DNA from: Gammaproteobacteria bacterium
GTDB lineage: Bacteria; Pseudomonadota; Gammaproteobacteria; Ga0077536
Reading direction: 5' to 3'
Length of the DNA: 64,000 bases
Assembly (NCBI GenBank): GCA_963662545.2
Contig: CAXXLL010000002.1
Coordinates: 1,664,001 to 1,728,000, forward strand
Shown here piece by piece: positions 52,517-61,176 of the stretch (within the stretch, counting starts at the first letter, position 1; each line of letters begins with the position of its first letter). The position numbers were made by a program, and so were the translations under genes. The notes under the pieces are model-generated. The model was not told where the DNA came from and did not search any database. It worked only from the letters and a program-made list of their open reading frames with translations.

Positions 52517-52974
52517 TGTCGATCACGAAGGGGAGGTGCTCGAAGTTTTTGCCACGAAACAGCGGGGTCGCAAGGCTGCACTGAGGTTTCTGAAACGCGC
52601 AATGAAGCGCTACGGCCGGCCAAAGGTGAGCGTGACGGACCGGCTCAAATCATACCGGGCTGCGATGAATGTGATCGGCAATGCCGCCGCTCAGACTTGC
52701 GGTCAGTGGCTCAACAATCGAGCAGAAAACTCACACCAGCCGTTCCGGCGACGGGAAGGGGCAATGGCCAGGTTCAGGGGCATCAAGACCCTGCAGAAAT
52801 TTGCTGCTGCCCACGCCTCGATCCACAATCATTTCAATCAGGAACGTCATCTTTATAACCGCGAAACCTTCAAACTCAATCGCTCCGCCGCTTTGGCCGA
52901 GTGGCGTCGACTTGTAGCCTGAGAGACCTCGATTGTTGGCTCTACTGCTCCGAGCAAGTTAGTCTGACAATGCC
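52517..52974 (+). mobile_element. IS6 family right half
   Basis: VTDRLKSY, WLNNRAENSHQPFRRRE; IRR AGTCTGACAATGCC. Confidence 0.88.
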
Positions 52975-53343
52975 ATTGGGTGTGATGGACGAGGGGATGG
53001 TCGTGCCGGATCGTGACCAGACGACACGGCCACGGCGAAGGTGGAAATGGCTCCGGCAGCCGCGCGTCCGCCAGACGGAAGGGTGCAACGAGACGGAGCC
53101 GCTGAAGTGCCGGGTGGCGCGCCAGCTCGGGGAATCGTCGGGGACGAGGCTGAGCTGGATGGTGGCGCCGCAGCCGCAGGGGCAGAGCATGGCGGCGGAC
53201 CACGGCCGCGGCCCGTCGCCGACCAGATAGAGCCGGCGAGGTTCGAGCAGATCGGGCACGTCCTCGACGGGTTCGGTCGCGAAATTCGGCCGGAGCCCCG
53301 AACGCTCTACCAGCCGCCACCACAGGTTCGCGAGAGCGGTCAA
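52942..53343 (-). CDS. DUF6527-like protein (Bub-associated); last codons supplied by IS6
   Basis: CPCGCG, SLHPSVW, GCRSHF..R.G.V.W; start overlaps upstream stop. Confidence 0.8.
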   Translation of the reverse strand: MTALANLWWRLVERSGLRPNFATEPVEDVPDLLEPRRLYLVGDGPRPWSAAMLCPCGCGATIQLSLVPDDSPSWRATRHFSGSVSLHPSVWRTRGCRSHFHLRRGRVVWSRSGTTIPSSITPNGIVRLTCSEQ

Positions 53344-54737
53344 GCGGCCTCCCTGGCAACGCTGAGTTCGGCCCAGTCGAGCAGTGGCGAGATGTCGCCC
53401 CGGCCGACGTACCGGGCTAGTACCGGGCAGGGGTCGCCGTCGCCTTCGTGTTCGTAGATGCCGTGGCTGAGGCTGAGTCGATGGACGGCGTACTCGGCGT
53501 TGGGATCCAAGCGGTACGGGTGCAAGCGGGCGAGAAACTCATTGACGGCGAGGCTCGCGAGCAGGACGTTGAGCTGCACCACGGCGGGCCGGTCCTCGTC
53601 GACGCCGCGGATGTAGCCGTCGTCGAGCAGGGCTCGGTAGGCGGCCGGATCGGTGCGGTAGAGCCCCGCTGCGCGCACCTGGTCCATGGTGTAGACGTGC
53701 CTGCTCAGCAGACTCGAGCCGCCGGGCTGGAGGTAGTGCACGGTACCGCACACCTGGTCGACGCCGCCGTGGCCGTCGGCCTCGAGCTTCACGCCGAGAT
53801 CGAAGTAAGGAATCAGGTAGAAGGTCGCCAGCTTGTTGAGGAGGTGGCGGCCGTCGATCGAGTCCATGCAGCCGAAGACGACGTCGCAGGTCGCGACGGC
53901 GCGCACGATGTCGGCGTCGAAAAGGCTTCGGGGATGGGTGTCGACCCGGGTGCCGAGTCCCATGGCCCGGATCGCACGGGCGGCGACGTCGACCTTGAGC
54001 CGTCCTTGCCGCGCATCCTCCATGGTGGCGTTGAGGATGCGGTTGAGGTTCTTCTCCTCGACGCGGTCCGGATCGACGAGCACCAGTTCGCCCACGCAGT
54101 TGCGGGCGAGCTGCTCGATCAACGGGCTCCCGGTTCCGGAACAGCCGACAACGGCGATGCGCAGGCGACGGAGACGGTCGTAGGTGCCGGCACCGAAGGT
54201 CTGGGCGATGCGGCGGCCGAACTCAGGTATGCTGGTCGTCGGCGATGCGGCGGGCCACAATGCCAGGTCGTCGCCGACGACGTTGACCGCGTGGAGCGGG
54301 TGGAAGCGGCCACGCTCGTCGACGAGTCTGCCGATCATGCGGCCGTCTTCGAACATGAGCGCGCTGCCGTGCGGCCCGGCGTCCGTCCAGGCGTGGACGG
54401 AGGGAAAGAGCTCGCGGTCGGCGCGGTCATCGATGCGGGAGAAAGGCGACGGGAGACGGTGGCCGTGCACCTTGACGACGGCGAGGCCGTGCCGGTCGGC
54501 CTGGGCGAGCACCGGTGGCAGCACCTTCGTCGGCCAGGTGACGCGTGTAGGCGTGCGCACGGAGCAGACGTGGTGAGGCACGGGGACGAGTTCGCGGACC
54601 AGCAGACGGTGTCGCTGGGCGGCTCGCCGGTGGCCGCACAATGCGAAGGCGACGGCCTCGCAGCCGTCGCCGGGGAACAGGTGGCGCTGCAGATCGGCGT
54701 GCTGGGGGCCGGTGAGCGTCAGGGTGGCGGTGCTCAC
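53340..54737 (-). CDS. JAB-peptidase/ThiF (E1-like) fusion, BubCD-type
   Basis: N-terminal DGCEAVAF and HGH-x6-S-x2-D; C-terminal VVGCSGTGS, DPDRVEEKNLNR, CMDSIDGR; GTG start at 54737. Confidence 0.85.
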   Translation of the reverse strand: MSTATLTLTGPQHADLQRHLFPGDGCEAVAFALCGHRRAAQRHRLLVRELVPVPHHVCSVRTPTRVTWPTKVLPPVLAQADRHGLAVVKVHGHRLPSPFSRIDDRADRELFPSVHAWTDAGPHGSALMFEDGRMIGRLVDERGRFHPLHAVNVVGDDLALWPAASPTTSIPEFGRRIAQTFGAGTYDRLRRLRIAVVGCSGTGSPLIEQLARNCVGELVLVDPDRVEEKNLNRILNATMEDARQGRLKVDVAARAIRAMGLGTRVDTHPRSLFDADIVRAVATCDVVFGCMDSIDGRHLLNKLATFYLIPYFDLGVKLEADGHGGVDQVCGTVHYLQPGGSSLLSRHVYTMDQVRAAGLYRTDPAAYRALLDDGYIRGVDEDRPAVVQLNVLLASLAVNEFLARLHPYRLDPNAEYAVHRLSLSHGIYEHEGDGDPCPVLARYVGRGDISPLLDWAELSVAREAA

Positions 54738-54742
54738 GGATG

Positions 54743-55426
54743 TCAGGCCCTGCCGACTTCGCGGGCGAACCAGTGCTCGACCAGGCCGAAGTGGGTGGCG
54801 AGATTGTCGACGCCGGGACGCCACGGGTTCTCGCCGGTGCGGTGGCGGCTCCAGCGCTGCCACTGCCAGCCGTCGAAAGCGTCGTTCGAGATGGCGGCGA
54901 TGGGCCTTCCGTCGGCGCGCGCGAGTCCCGGGTGGACGTAGACCATGTCGATCTGTGTGTCCGGGTAGCCGGACTCGATACGGACGTTCACGTCGGCTTG
55001 ATGGCACTGGTAGCCGGGCGGGATGGGAAAGTCGTATAGGACGACCCGCAGGACGCCGCCTTCGGCAACGAGCTCGAACCGGTGCGGCGAGCCCTCGAGC
55101 CACTCGAGGTCCTCCTCGGGTAGGACGAACTCCCGGCGTCCGCCGAAGCCCTCGGTCTGGTCGAGCGGCAGGGTCACGAAGCGCTCGACGCCGGGCTTGC
55201 TGAGGTCGATCTTCTCGTCGAGATCGAGCCGGTCCGGATGCCCGCCCTTCACCTTGAGATAGATGCCGAAGCGCTCGGCCGGCTTCTTGCCGGCGAGTTC
55301 GAGGAGCTCGCGCCCGGTCATGAGCGGGACGGGAGCCTCGAAGAAGTCCTTGTCGATCTGGACTTTGAAGTGCTGGTCGGGAACGGCGATGGTGTCGCCG
55401 GGCTTGTCGTTGCGATCCTTGGTCAT
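54743..55426 (-). CDS. Ubiquitin-like (multiubiquitin) domain fused to a prokaryotic E2 family E domain, BubAB-type
   Basis: TGRELLELAG...IDL..PGVERF...DQTEG, then LPEED, P.PPGY, GYPDTQIDM, WQRWSRH, WRPGVD. Confidence 0.85.
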   Translation of the reverse strand: MTKDRNDKPGDTIAVPDQHFKVQIDKDFFEAPVPLMTGRELLELAGKKPAERFGIYLKVKGGHPDRLDLDEKIDLSKPGVERFVTLPLDQTEGFGGRREFVLPEEDLEWLEGSPHRFELVAEGGVLRVVLYDFPIPPGYQCHQADVNVRIESGYPDTQIDMVYVHPGLARADGRPIAAISNDAFDGWQWQRWSRHRTGENPWRPGVDNLATHFGLVEHWFAREVGRA

Positions 55427-55581
55427 GGGTCGGTTCCTTCGGTTGTTGGCTGCGGTCCTACCCCCTTATGCTGGCGAGAGCGGGCGTCGCGGACACGGGG
55501 GCACTTTTTTTTCGTGGCGATGTCCGCAGACAGGCGTTTGGTGCGCATTGGAGGAGTAGGAACGGACCGCAAGCAGTCGCA

Positions 55582-56160
55582 ATGGGGCTAGTGCAACGGA
55601 AAATGGCGACGCCGAAAGAGTGCGCTGCAGCGCTGCGGAAGCTCAGCGATAAGGATTTAGGGCGACTGGACAAGGCGGCGCAGCTACGCGCGACAGGGTT
55701 GGCGAACGTGGAAGGACGCGACCTACGGAACGAGGCGATCGCGCGGATGCTGGAAGGGCGGCGGCAGTGGCCGCAGGGCGTGGCGCTGGACGTTTTCCTG
55801 CTGGAGACGATGCGAAGCATCGCTAGTGATTATCGGCGGCGGCAGAAATCGGCGCGGGTGGTCGCGGAGTCCGAGGTCCGGGCGGATTCGGAGACCGGCG
55901 ACGGCGCGATAGCAACGGCGGGGGACGTGTCGATGGCGCCGGAAGCCCGGACAGCCGCGGCGGAAACGCTAGCGCGGATCGACTCGCTGTTCAGTGAAGA
56001 CGCCGACGCGCAGGCGGTCATCGCCGGCAAGGCAAAAGGCATGTCACCGGCCGAAATTCAGAAGGAGCACGCGATGGACGAGACAAGATACGCGACGACC
56101 CTGCGCCGGATCCGGCGCGGCGTGGCTGGCTTGTCCACAGAAGGAGGGGAGCAAGCATGA
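55582..56160 (+). CDS. ECF-type sigma-factor-like protein
   Basis: Region-2-like DL..EAI.R.LEG.R.W...FL...MRSIAS; region-4-like GMSPAEI...Y.T..RRIRR. Confidence 0.65.
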   Translation: MGLVQRKMATPKECAAALRKLSDKDLGRLDKAAQLRATGLANVEGRDLRNEAIARMLEGRRQWPQGVALDVFLLETMRSIASDYRRRQKSARVVAESEVRADSETGDGAIATAGDVSMAPEARTAAAETLARIDSLFSEDADAQAVIAGKAKGMSPAEIQKEHAMDETRYATTLRRIRRGVAGLSTEGGEQA

Positions 56161-56543
56161 GCGAAAAGCGGAACGCGCTCGAGCGTCTCGAGGCGCTGTT
56201 GAGGGGTCTCGAAGACGAGGTGATGCGCAGTGAAGGGTGCGTCGGCACGGACGTGGCGGCGATGAGGGCAGAGATCGAGGCGCTGATCGAGAAGCATGTC
56301 GGCGCCACGGGGTCGGCGGAAGCTCCGGTGTCTCGGACGGGAGACGCCAAGGGCAAGGTGAGCGGCGTCGTAGAACTGCTCGGCCGGTGGGCCGGGATGG
56401 GCCAGAGCGGAGTGCGGGGGGCGCTGGCGCCGAGGGTGAGGATGGCGTTCTCCGGAACGAAGCCGAAGCAGGACGATCGGGGGAGGGGGCACCCGAGGGG
56501 CGTCGGCGATGGCGGGGACCGCCAGGGGGAAAAGGAGGACTAG
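56157..56543 (+). CDS. Hypothetical protein translationally coupled to the sigma-like gene
   Basis: ATGA overlap; RBS GGAG. Confidence 0.6.
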   Translation: MSEKRNALERLEALLRGLEDEVMRSEGCVGTDVAAMRAEIEALIEKHVGATGSAEAPVSRTGDAKGKVSGVVELLGRWAGMGQSGVRGALAPRVRMAFSGTKPKQDDRGRGHPRGVGDGGDRQGEKED

Positions 56544-56616
56544 CGCGAGTCGACGGGCGCGGTGGTGCGAGCGTGGTCGTTAACGGGATGCGGCAGGTGG
56601 ACGCGGTGGAGCAGCA

Positions 56617-57981
56617 ATGACGTCGGAAGTGGTGGTCATGAATCGGCTGGGCGTAGCGCTGGCCGCCGACAGCGCCGTCACGGTCGACATGGGTCAAAGC
56701 TCGAAGGTGCGGGACTCGGCGCTGAAGGTCTTCATGCTCTCGAAGTACCGGCCCGTGGGCGTGATGGTGTACAACAACGCGTCGCTCCTAGGGGTGCCCC
56801 TGGAGACGGCGATCAAGGTGTTCAGGCAGGTGCTGGGACGGAACGGCTACCCGAAGCTCCACGAGTATGGGGACGCGTTCGTCGAGTACCTGAACTCGAA
56901 CCGCTCGTTGTTCCCGCAGGCGGTCCAGGACAGGTACTTCGTCGCCGCGTTGGAGGTCGAATACGAACGCATAGCGGAGTTCGTGGAGAAGGCGCTCGCG
57001 AGCGGGGTCTACGGTCCGGAGGACGAAGAAAGTCAAGAGACGGCGGTCGAAACGGCGGACCGGATCATCGCTGAACGGCTGGCGTTCTGGGAGAGCCAGA
57101 GCGACGCGGATTACTTTGACGCGGATTACTTTGAGGTGAGCGCAGAGGACGTCGTCGGGCGGAACTCCGGCAACGTGCTCGACGTGATCAATCGGAAGTT
57201 CCTCGGCTGGACCGCCGTGAGCGACGAGGCGCGACAGCACCTGTACGAGATTGCGAAGTACCTCGTGTGTAAGGACCACTTCCCGCCGGATGTTTTGACC
57301 GGTCTCGTGATCGCCGGATTCGGCGGGGAGGAGCACTTCCCGGTGGTTCAGCACTTGGAGTTTGGCGGGATATACGACAACCGGCTCAAGGTGCGGCCGG
57401 CGACTTTGCACGAGGTTTCCGACGACGTACCGTCCGAGGTATTGGCGTTCGCGTACCAGGACATGGTGGACGGGTTTCTCGACGGGATTTCTCCGGATGT
57501 GTTCGAACATCTGGGGGACGCTGCCGCCTTCATCCGGGAGATGCCCGTGGTGGCCCTGGACGCGGTGGAAGGGATTGCGCCGGAAGCTAAGGAAAAAGCA
57601 GCGGAGATCATCCGGCAGGAGAGCGTGAGGAAGGCGGGAGACTTCGCACGCGGCGTTCTTCGCGGTGCGGAGGAGAGACGCGGGCAGATCGAGCAGGCAG
57701 TGGAGGCCTTGTCGCTGAAGGAGCTGGCGCAAGTCGCGTCGACCTTGGTGGGTCTGAGTTCGTTCGAGCATCAGATGTCCCTGGATCGGGAGACGGTCGG
57801 TGGACCTGTGGACGTGGCCGTTATCTCGAAAGGAGACGGATTCATCTGGATGGACCGCAAGCACTATTTTCGGCGGGAGCTGAATAGCCATTTTTTTCGG
57901 AGATATTTCGATGGTGCGGCGCCCGAGAGTGACGATGATCCAGTGGGGGACGACGAGGAGGAGATGTCGGATGGCGAATGA
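56617..57981 (+). CDS. Proteasome-beta/Ntn-hydrolase-like protein with large insertions
   Basis: (M)TSEVVVMNRLGVALAADS...KVF gives Thr1, Asp17, Lys36; C-terminal ETVGGPVDVAVISK.DG. Confidence 0.7.
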   Translation: MTSEVVVMNRLGVALAADSAVTVDMGQSSKVRDSALKVFMLSKYRPVGVMVYNNASLLGVPLETAIKVFRQVLGRNGYPKLHEYGDAFVEYLNSNRSLFPQAVQDRYFVAALEVEYERIAEFVEKALASGVYGPEDEESQETAVETADRIIAERLAFWESQSDADYFDADYFEVSAEDVVGRNSGNVLDVINRKFLGWTAVSDEARQHLYEIAKYLVCKDHFPPDVLTGLVIAGFGGEEHFPVVQHLEFGGIYDNRLKVRPATLHEVSDDVPSEVLAFAYQDMVDGFLDGISPDVFEHLGDAAAFIREMPVVALDAVEGIAPEAKEKAAEIIRQESVRKAGDFARGVLRGAEERRGQIEQAVEALSLKELAQVASTLVGLSSFEHQMSLDRETVGGPVDVAVISKGDGFIWMDRKHYFRRELNSHFFRRYFDGAAPESDDDPVGDDEEEMSDGE

Positions 57982-58249
57982 GCGGGACAGAAATAGGCCG
58001 GTGCGGGGGAAACCGGATCGGCCAGGTGGCGAGGGACAGGCGATGGCGTTCGAGAAGCTGGTTCGCAGGGCTCCGCAGTTCCGAGGCTTGGCCAAGGTAG
58101 CTCAAGGCGACGAAGAAAAGCTTACCGCATCACAGAAGAAGTTCCTGAACGAGTTCACCGTGGGTCTGGCCAAAGGCGTGGGGGAGAGCGAATCCCAGCA
58201 GGATGCCACGACTGAAGTGGGAACCGGGAAGCGAACCCAGGGACGCTAG
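57971..58249 (+). CDS. Small hypothetical protein overlapping the end of the Ntn gene
   Basis: ATG 57971 with GGAGGAG upstream. Confidence 0.45.
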   Translation: MANERDRNRPVRGKPDRPGGEGQAMAFEKLVRRAPQFRGLAKVAQGDEEKLTASQKKFLNEFTVGLAKGVGESESQQDATTEVGTGKRTQGR

Positions 58250-58639
58250 TAGCTAGGGTGGTTCGTCGCTCGGCGGGACCGGGTACCGAGTGATTCCGCA
58301 CATGGTGCGGCAAACTGGACGTGTTCGTCCTCCTGACCCGGCGCTGGCGGTGAGACCTTGCAGAACCTAGCGGGCCGCGCTTGGTTGCGGAAACGAAGTC
58401 CGGAAATCACCATATGACTTGACGCGTTTTCCGGGCAATCGGGATGACGACTTGCCGATAGGCTACTCCCGCTCGCGCCCGTCGCGGCCGTACGCCCGCG
58501 AATTCCCCTTGCGAAGTGGGTCCACCGAGCGGCCACCATTGGCTAACGGCGTCAACGTGCCACCTCTTCTGCCTCGTGGGACGGTCGGTCAGGATGGCAA
58601 TCAGGAGTGTTTGCCCGCCCTGGTGTACCGTGCCGAGCT

Positions 58640-58818
58640 GTAGGACACACGGTGAGGTCCAGCCGGCATCGAGGTTCGGCGGGCACGCCGCCGACTCCTT
58701 GAGCGACGTCGTGCAGGCGTACATCGACGCGGGCTTCCGCTGGGTTTGCCTCACCGAACGCATGGCGCCGCACCGGCGGGATCTGATTGCCGCCGACGAG
58801 GCTCCGCTCGATGTGGAG
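58640..58818 (+). pseudogene. PHP/histidinol-phosphatase-like N-terminal remnant
   Basis: GHAADSL.DVV.AY...GF..VCLTE, cut by IS6. Confidence 0.5.
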
Positions 58819-59623
58819 GGCATAGTTAGAGTAAATCGTCTTGAGCCACCCATTGAGGTCTTCTAGCCTGTAGGAATGCAAAATCGCTTCCGCTATTTCA
58901 ACAGTGCGCCCGAGGTCATTCGCCTCGCGGTGATGTTGTACATCCGCTATCCGCTTTCGTTGCGCCAAGTTGAAGACATTCTGTTCGAACGGGGCATCGA
59001 CATCTGCCACGAGGCGGTGCGGTACTGGTGGAACCGCTTTGGTCCCCTGTTTGCAGCTGAGATCCGGAAACGCCGCGTTCATCATGGATCCTATTCGAAC
59101 TGGCGCTGGCATCTTGATGAGGTGTTTGTCCGGGTTAACGGCGAGATACATTATCTATGGCGCGCTGTCGATCATGAAGGAGAGGTACTCGAGGCTTTTG
59201 CCACGAAACAGCGGGATCGCAGAGCGGCACTGAGGTTTCTGAAACGCGCAATGAAGCGCTACGGCCGGCCAAAGGTGATCGTGACGGACCGGCTCAAATC
59301 ATACCGGGCTGCGATGAATGTGATCGGCAATACCGTCGCTCAGACTTGCGGTCGGTGGCTCAACAATAGAGCAGAAAACTCACATCAGCCCTTTCGGCGA
59401 CAAGAAGGGGCAATGGCCAGGTTCAGGGACATCAAGACCCTGCAGAAATTTGTTGCCGCCCACGCCTCGGTCCACAGTCATCCCAATCAGGAACGTCATC
59501 TTTACAGTCGCGAGGACTTCAAACTCGATCGTTCCGCCGCTTTGGCCGAGTGGCGTCGACTTGCAGCCTGAGAGACCTCAATTGTTGGCTCTACTGCTCC
59601 GATCAACTCAGTCTGACAACGCC
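58819..59623 (+). mobile_element. IS6 family element, complete
   Basis: IRL GGCATAGTTAGAGT and IRR AGTCTGACAACGCC. Confidence 0.9.
58876..59571 (+). CDS. IS6 family transposase
   Basis: YPLSLRQVE, WHLDEVF, YLWRAVD, VTD, LNNRAENSH. Confidence 0.92.
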   Translation: MQNRFRYFNSAPEVIRLAVMLYIRYPLSLRQVEDILFERGIDICHEAVRYWWNRFGPLFAAEIRKRRVHHGSYSNWRWHLDEVFVRVNGEIHYLWRAVDHEGEVLEAFATKQRDRRAALRFLKRAMKRYGRPKVIVTDRLKSYRAAMNVIGNTVAQTCGRWLNNRAENSHQPFRRQEGAMARFRDIKTLQKFVAAHASVHSHPNQERHLYSREDFKLDRSAALAEWRRLAA

Positions 59624-59816
59624 CGTGGCAGATGTCGATGCCACGTTCGAACAGAATGTCTTCAACTTGGCGCAACGAAAGCGGATAGCGGATGTACAAC
59701 ATCACCACGAGGCGAATGACCTCGGGAGAACTGTTGAAATAACGGCAGGGATTTCGCATCGCTTGAGGCTACGGAACTCCCCTTCCCGGCTCAAGCCGAT
59801 TTACTCTGACAAAGCC
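59624..59816 (-). mobile_element. IS6 left-end fragment in opposite orientation
   Basis: IRL GGCTTTGTCAGAGT on the minus strand; MRNPCRYFNSSPEVIRL...DICH. Confidence 0.85.
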
Positions 59817-59877
59817 CATAGACGCACAAGCCGATGGACGACGTTCCCTCTCTTAATGCACATATATAATCCTCTCC

Positions 59878-60354
59878 ATGGCGGAGGACCCTCAGTTCGG
59901 CATCGGAGACGCGACGTTTCAAGCCGCGGGCGGTGAAGCAGGCATTTGTGCCCTGGTCGATACGTTCTACGACATCATGTCATCCGATCTCCAGTATCGA
60001 ACGATCCGTTCTTGGCATCCCGATGATAACCGCGTTTCCCGAGACAAATTAGCGCGTTTCTTGTGTGGTTGGATGGGTGGGCCACGTCGTTACACTGAGA
60101 AGTATGGCCCGATCAGTATCCCTCGCGTTCACGCACATCTGGACGTCACCGAAAAGGAGCGCGATGACTGGCTCGGCTGCATGGCGAAGGCGCTCGCAAA
60201 ACAGGCGTATTCACCGAGCCTCATTGCCTATCTGTTGGAGCAGTTAGCCGTACCGGCGGAAGCCGTAAGGGGGCTTTGGTCCGTTGTTTGGCGCCGAGAT
60301 CCGGACACGCCGCATTCATCATGGATCCTATTCGAACTGGCGCTGGCACCTTGA
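59878..60354 (+). CDS. Group II truncated hemoglobin; C-terminus replaced by IS6-derived sequence
   Basis: GGEAGI..LVD.FY, KLARFLCGWMGGP..Y, H.HL, ERD.WL.CM; IS6 internal fragment at about 60274-60372. Confidence 0.8.
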   Translation: MAEDPQFGIGDATFQAAGGEAGICALVDTFYDIMSSDLQYRTIRSWHPDDNRVSRDKLARFLCGWMGGPRRYTEKYGPISIPRVHAHLDVTEKERDDWLGCMAKALAKQAYSPSLIAYLLEQLAVPAEAVRGLWSVVWRRDPDTPHSSWILFELALAP

Positions 60355-60444
60355 TGAGGTGTTCGTACGGGTCTGTAAATAGGCATCGAAAACTGACCCA
60401 CTATCGGCGTCGAATATTGACCCACCCAGAAATGGTTTTTTGCA

Positions 60445-61176
60445 TTAATCTGTGTGCTTGATTCTCCAACTGTCGTTGCCTGTTTCGATGATGTCGCAGT
60501 GATGTGTTACTCGATCCAGCAGTGCGGTCGTCATTTTCTTGTCGCCAAAGACCGCTGGCCATTCACCGAAGGCCAGGTTGGTGGTGATGATGACCGAGGT
60601 GCGTTGATAAAGATGAGAGAGCAGGTGGAAAACGAGCTGGCCGCCATTCTTTGAAAATGGCAGATAACCGAGTTCATCGAGCACCACCAGTTCGGTGTAT
60701 TTAGCCAGTCGATCGGCAAGACGACCGCCTTTGCCGTTGAGTTTTTCCTGTTCGAGCGGGTTGGCCAGATCAACCCGGTTGAAAAACTTGGCCCGATAGC
60801 CGGATCGCACAGCCTGCGAGGCGATGGCGGTTGCCAAATGCGTTTTACCGGTACCCGTGCCGCCGACAAAAACAATGTTGCGGTGTTCCTCGATAAAGTC
60901 GCCACCGTAGAGGCTCTTGATCTGCGTCTCTTCGACGGAGAGCTTGTCGAACTCGAAGCTGTCCAGATCTTTGGACACTGGGAATCGTGCCTGCGTCATG
61001 CGGTAACGAATCGATCGTGCCTGACGCTCACGGACCTCGATCTCGAAGAGTTGCTCGATGACGGTCTCGGTCGTTTGCTTACGCTTGCGGGCGGTGGCGA
61101 GGACCTCATCATAGGCTTTCGGGATCGCCACAAACTTCAGGGACTTCATCAGCCCCATCACATAATCACGCGACAT
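60445..61176 (-). CDS. istB: IstB ATPase
   Basis: [25 protein letters not shown]. Confidence 0.9.
   Translation of the reverse strand: MSRDYVMGLMKSLKFVAIPKAYDEVLATARKRKQTTETVIEQLFEIEVRERQARSIRYRMTQARFPVSKDLDSFEFDKLSVEETQIKSLYGGDFIEEHRNIVFVGGTGTGKTHLATAIASQAVRSGYRAKFFNRVDLANPLEQEKLNGKGGRLADRLAKYTELVVLDELGYLPFSKNGGQLVFHLLSHLYQRTSVIITTNLAFGEWPAVFGDKKMTTALLDRVTHHCDIIETGNDSWRIKHTD

Noticed and set aside
53448-54941. 497-aa plus-strand ORF antisense to the JAB-E1 gene
   Set aside because: Antisense shadow; motifs support the minus-strand gene
54738-55103. N-terminal 122-aa extension of the 587-aa ORF
   Set aside because: Overlaps the Ubl-E2 gene and is Arg-rich; the real start is probably GTG at 54737
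56788-58095. 435-aa minus-strand ORF antisense to the Ntn-like gene
   Set aside because: Antisense shadow with no recognisable motifs
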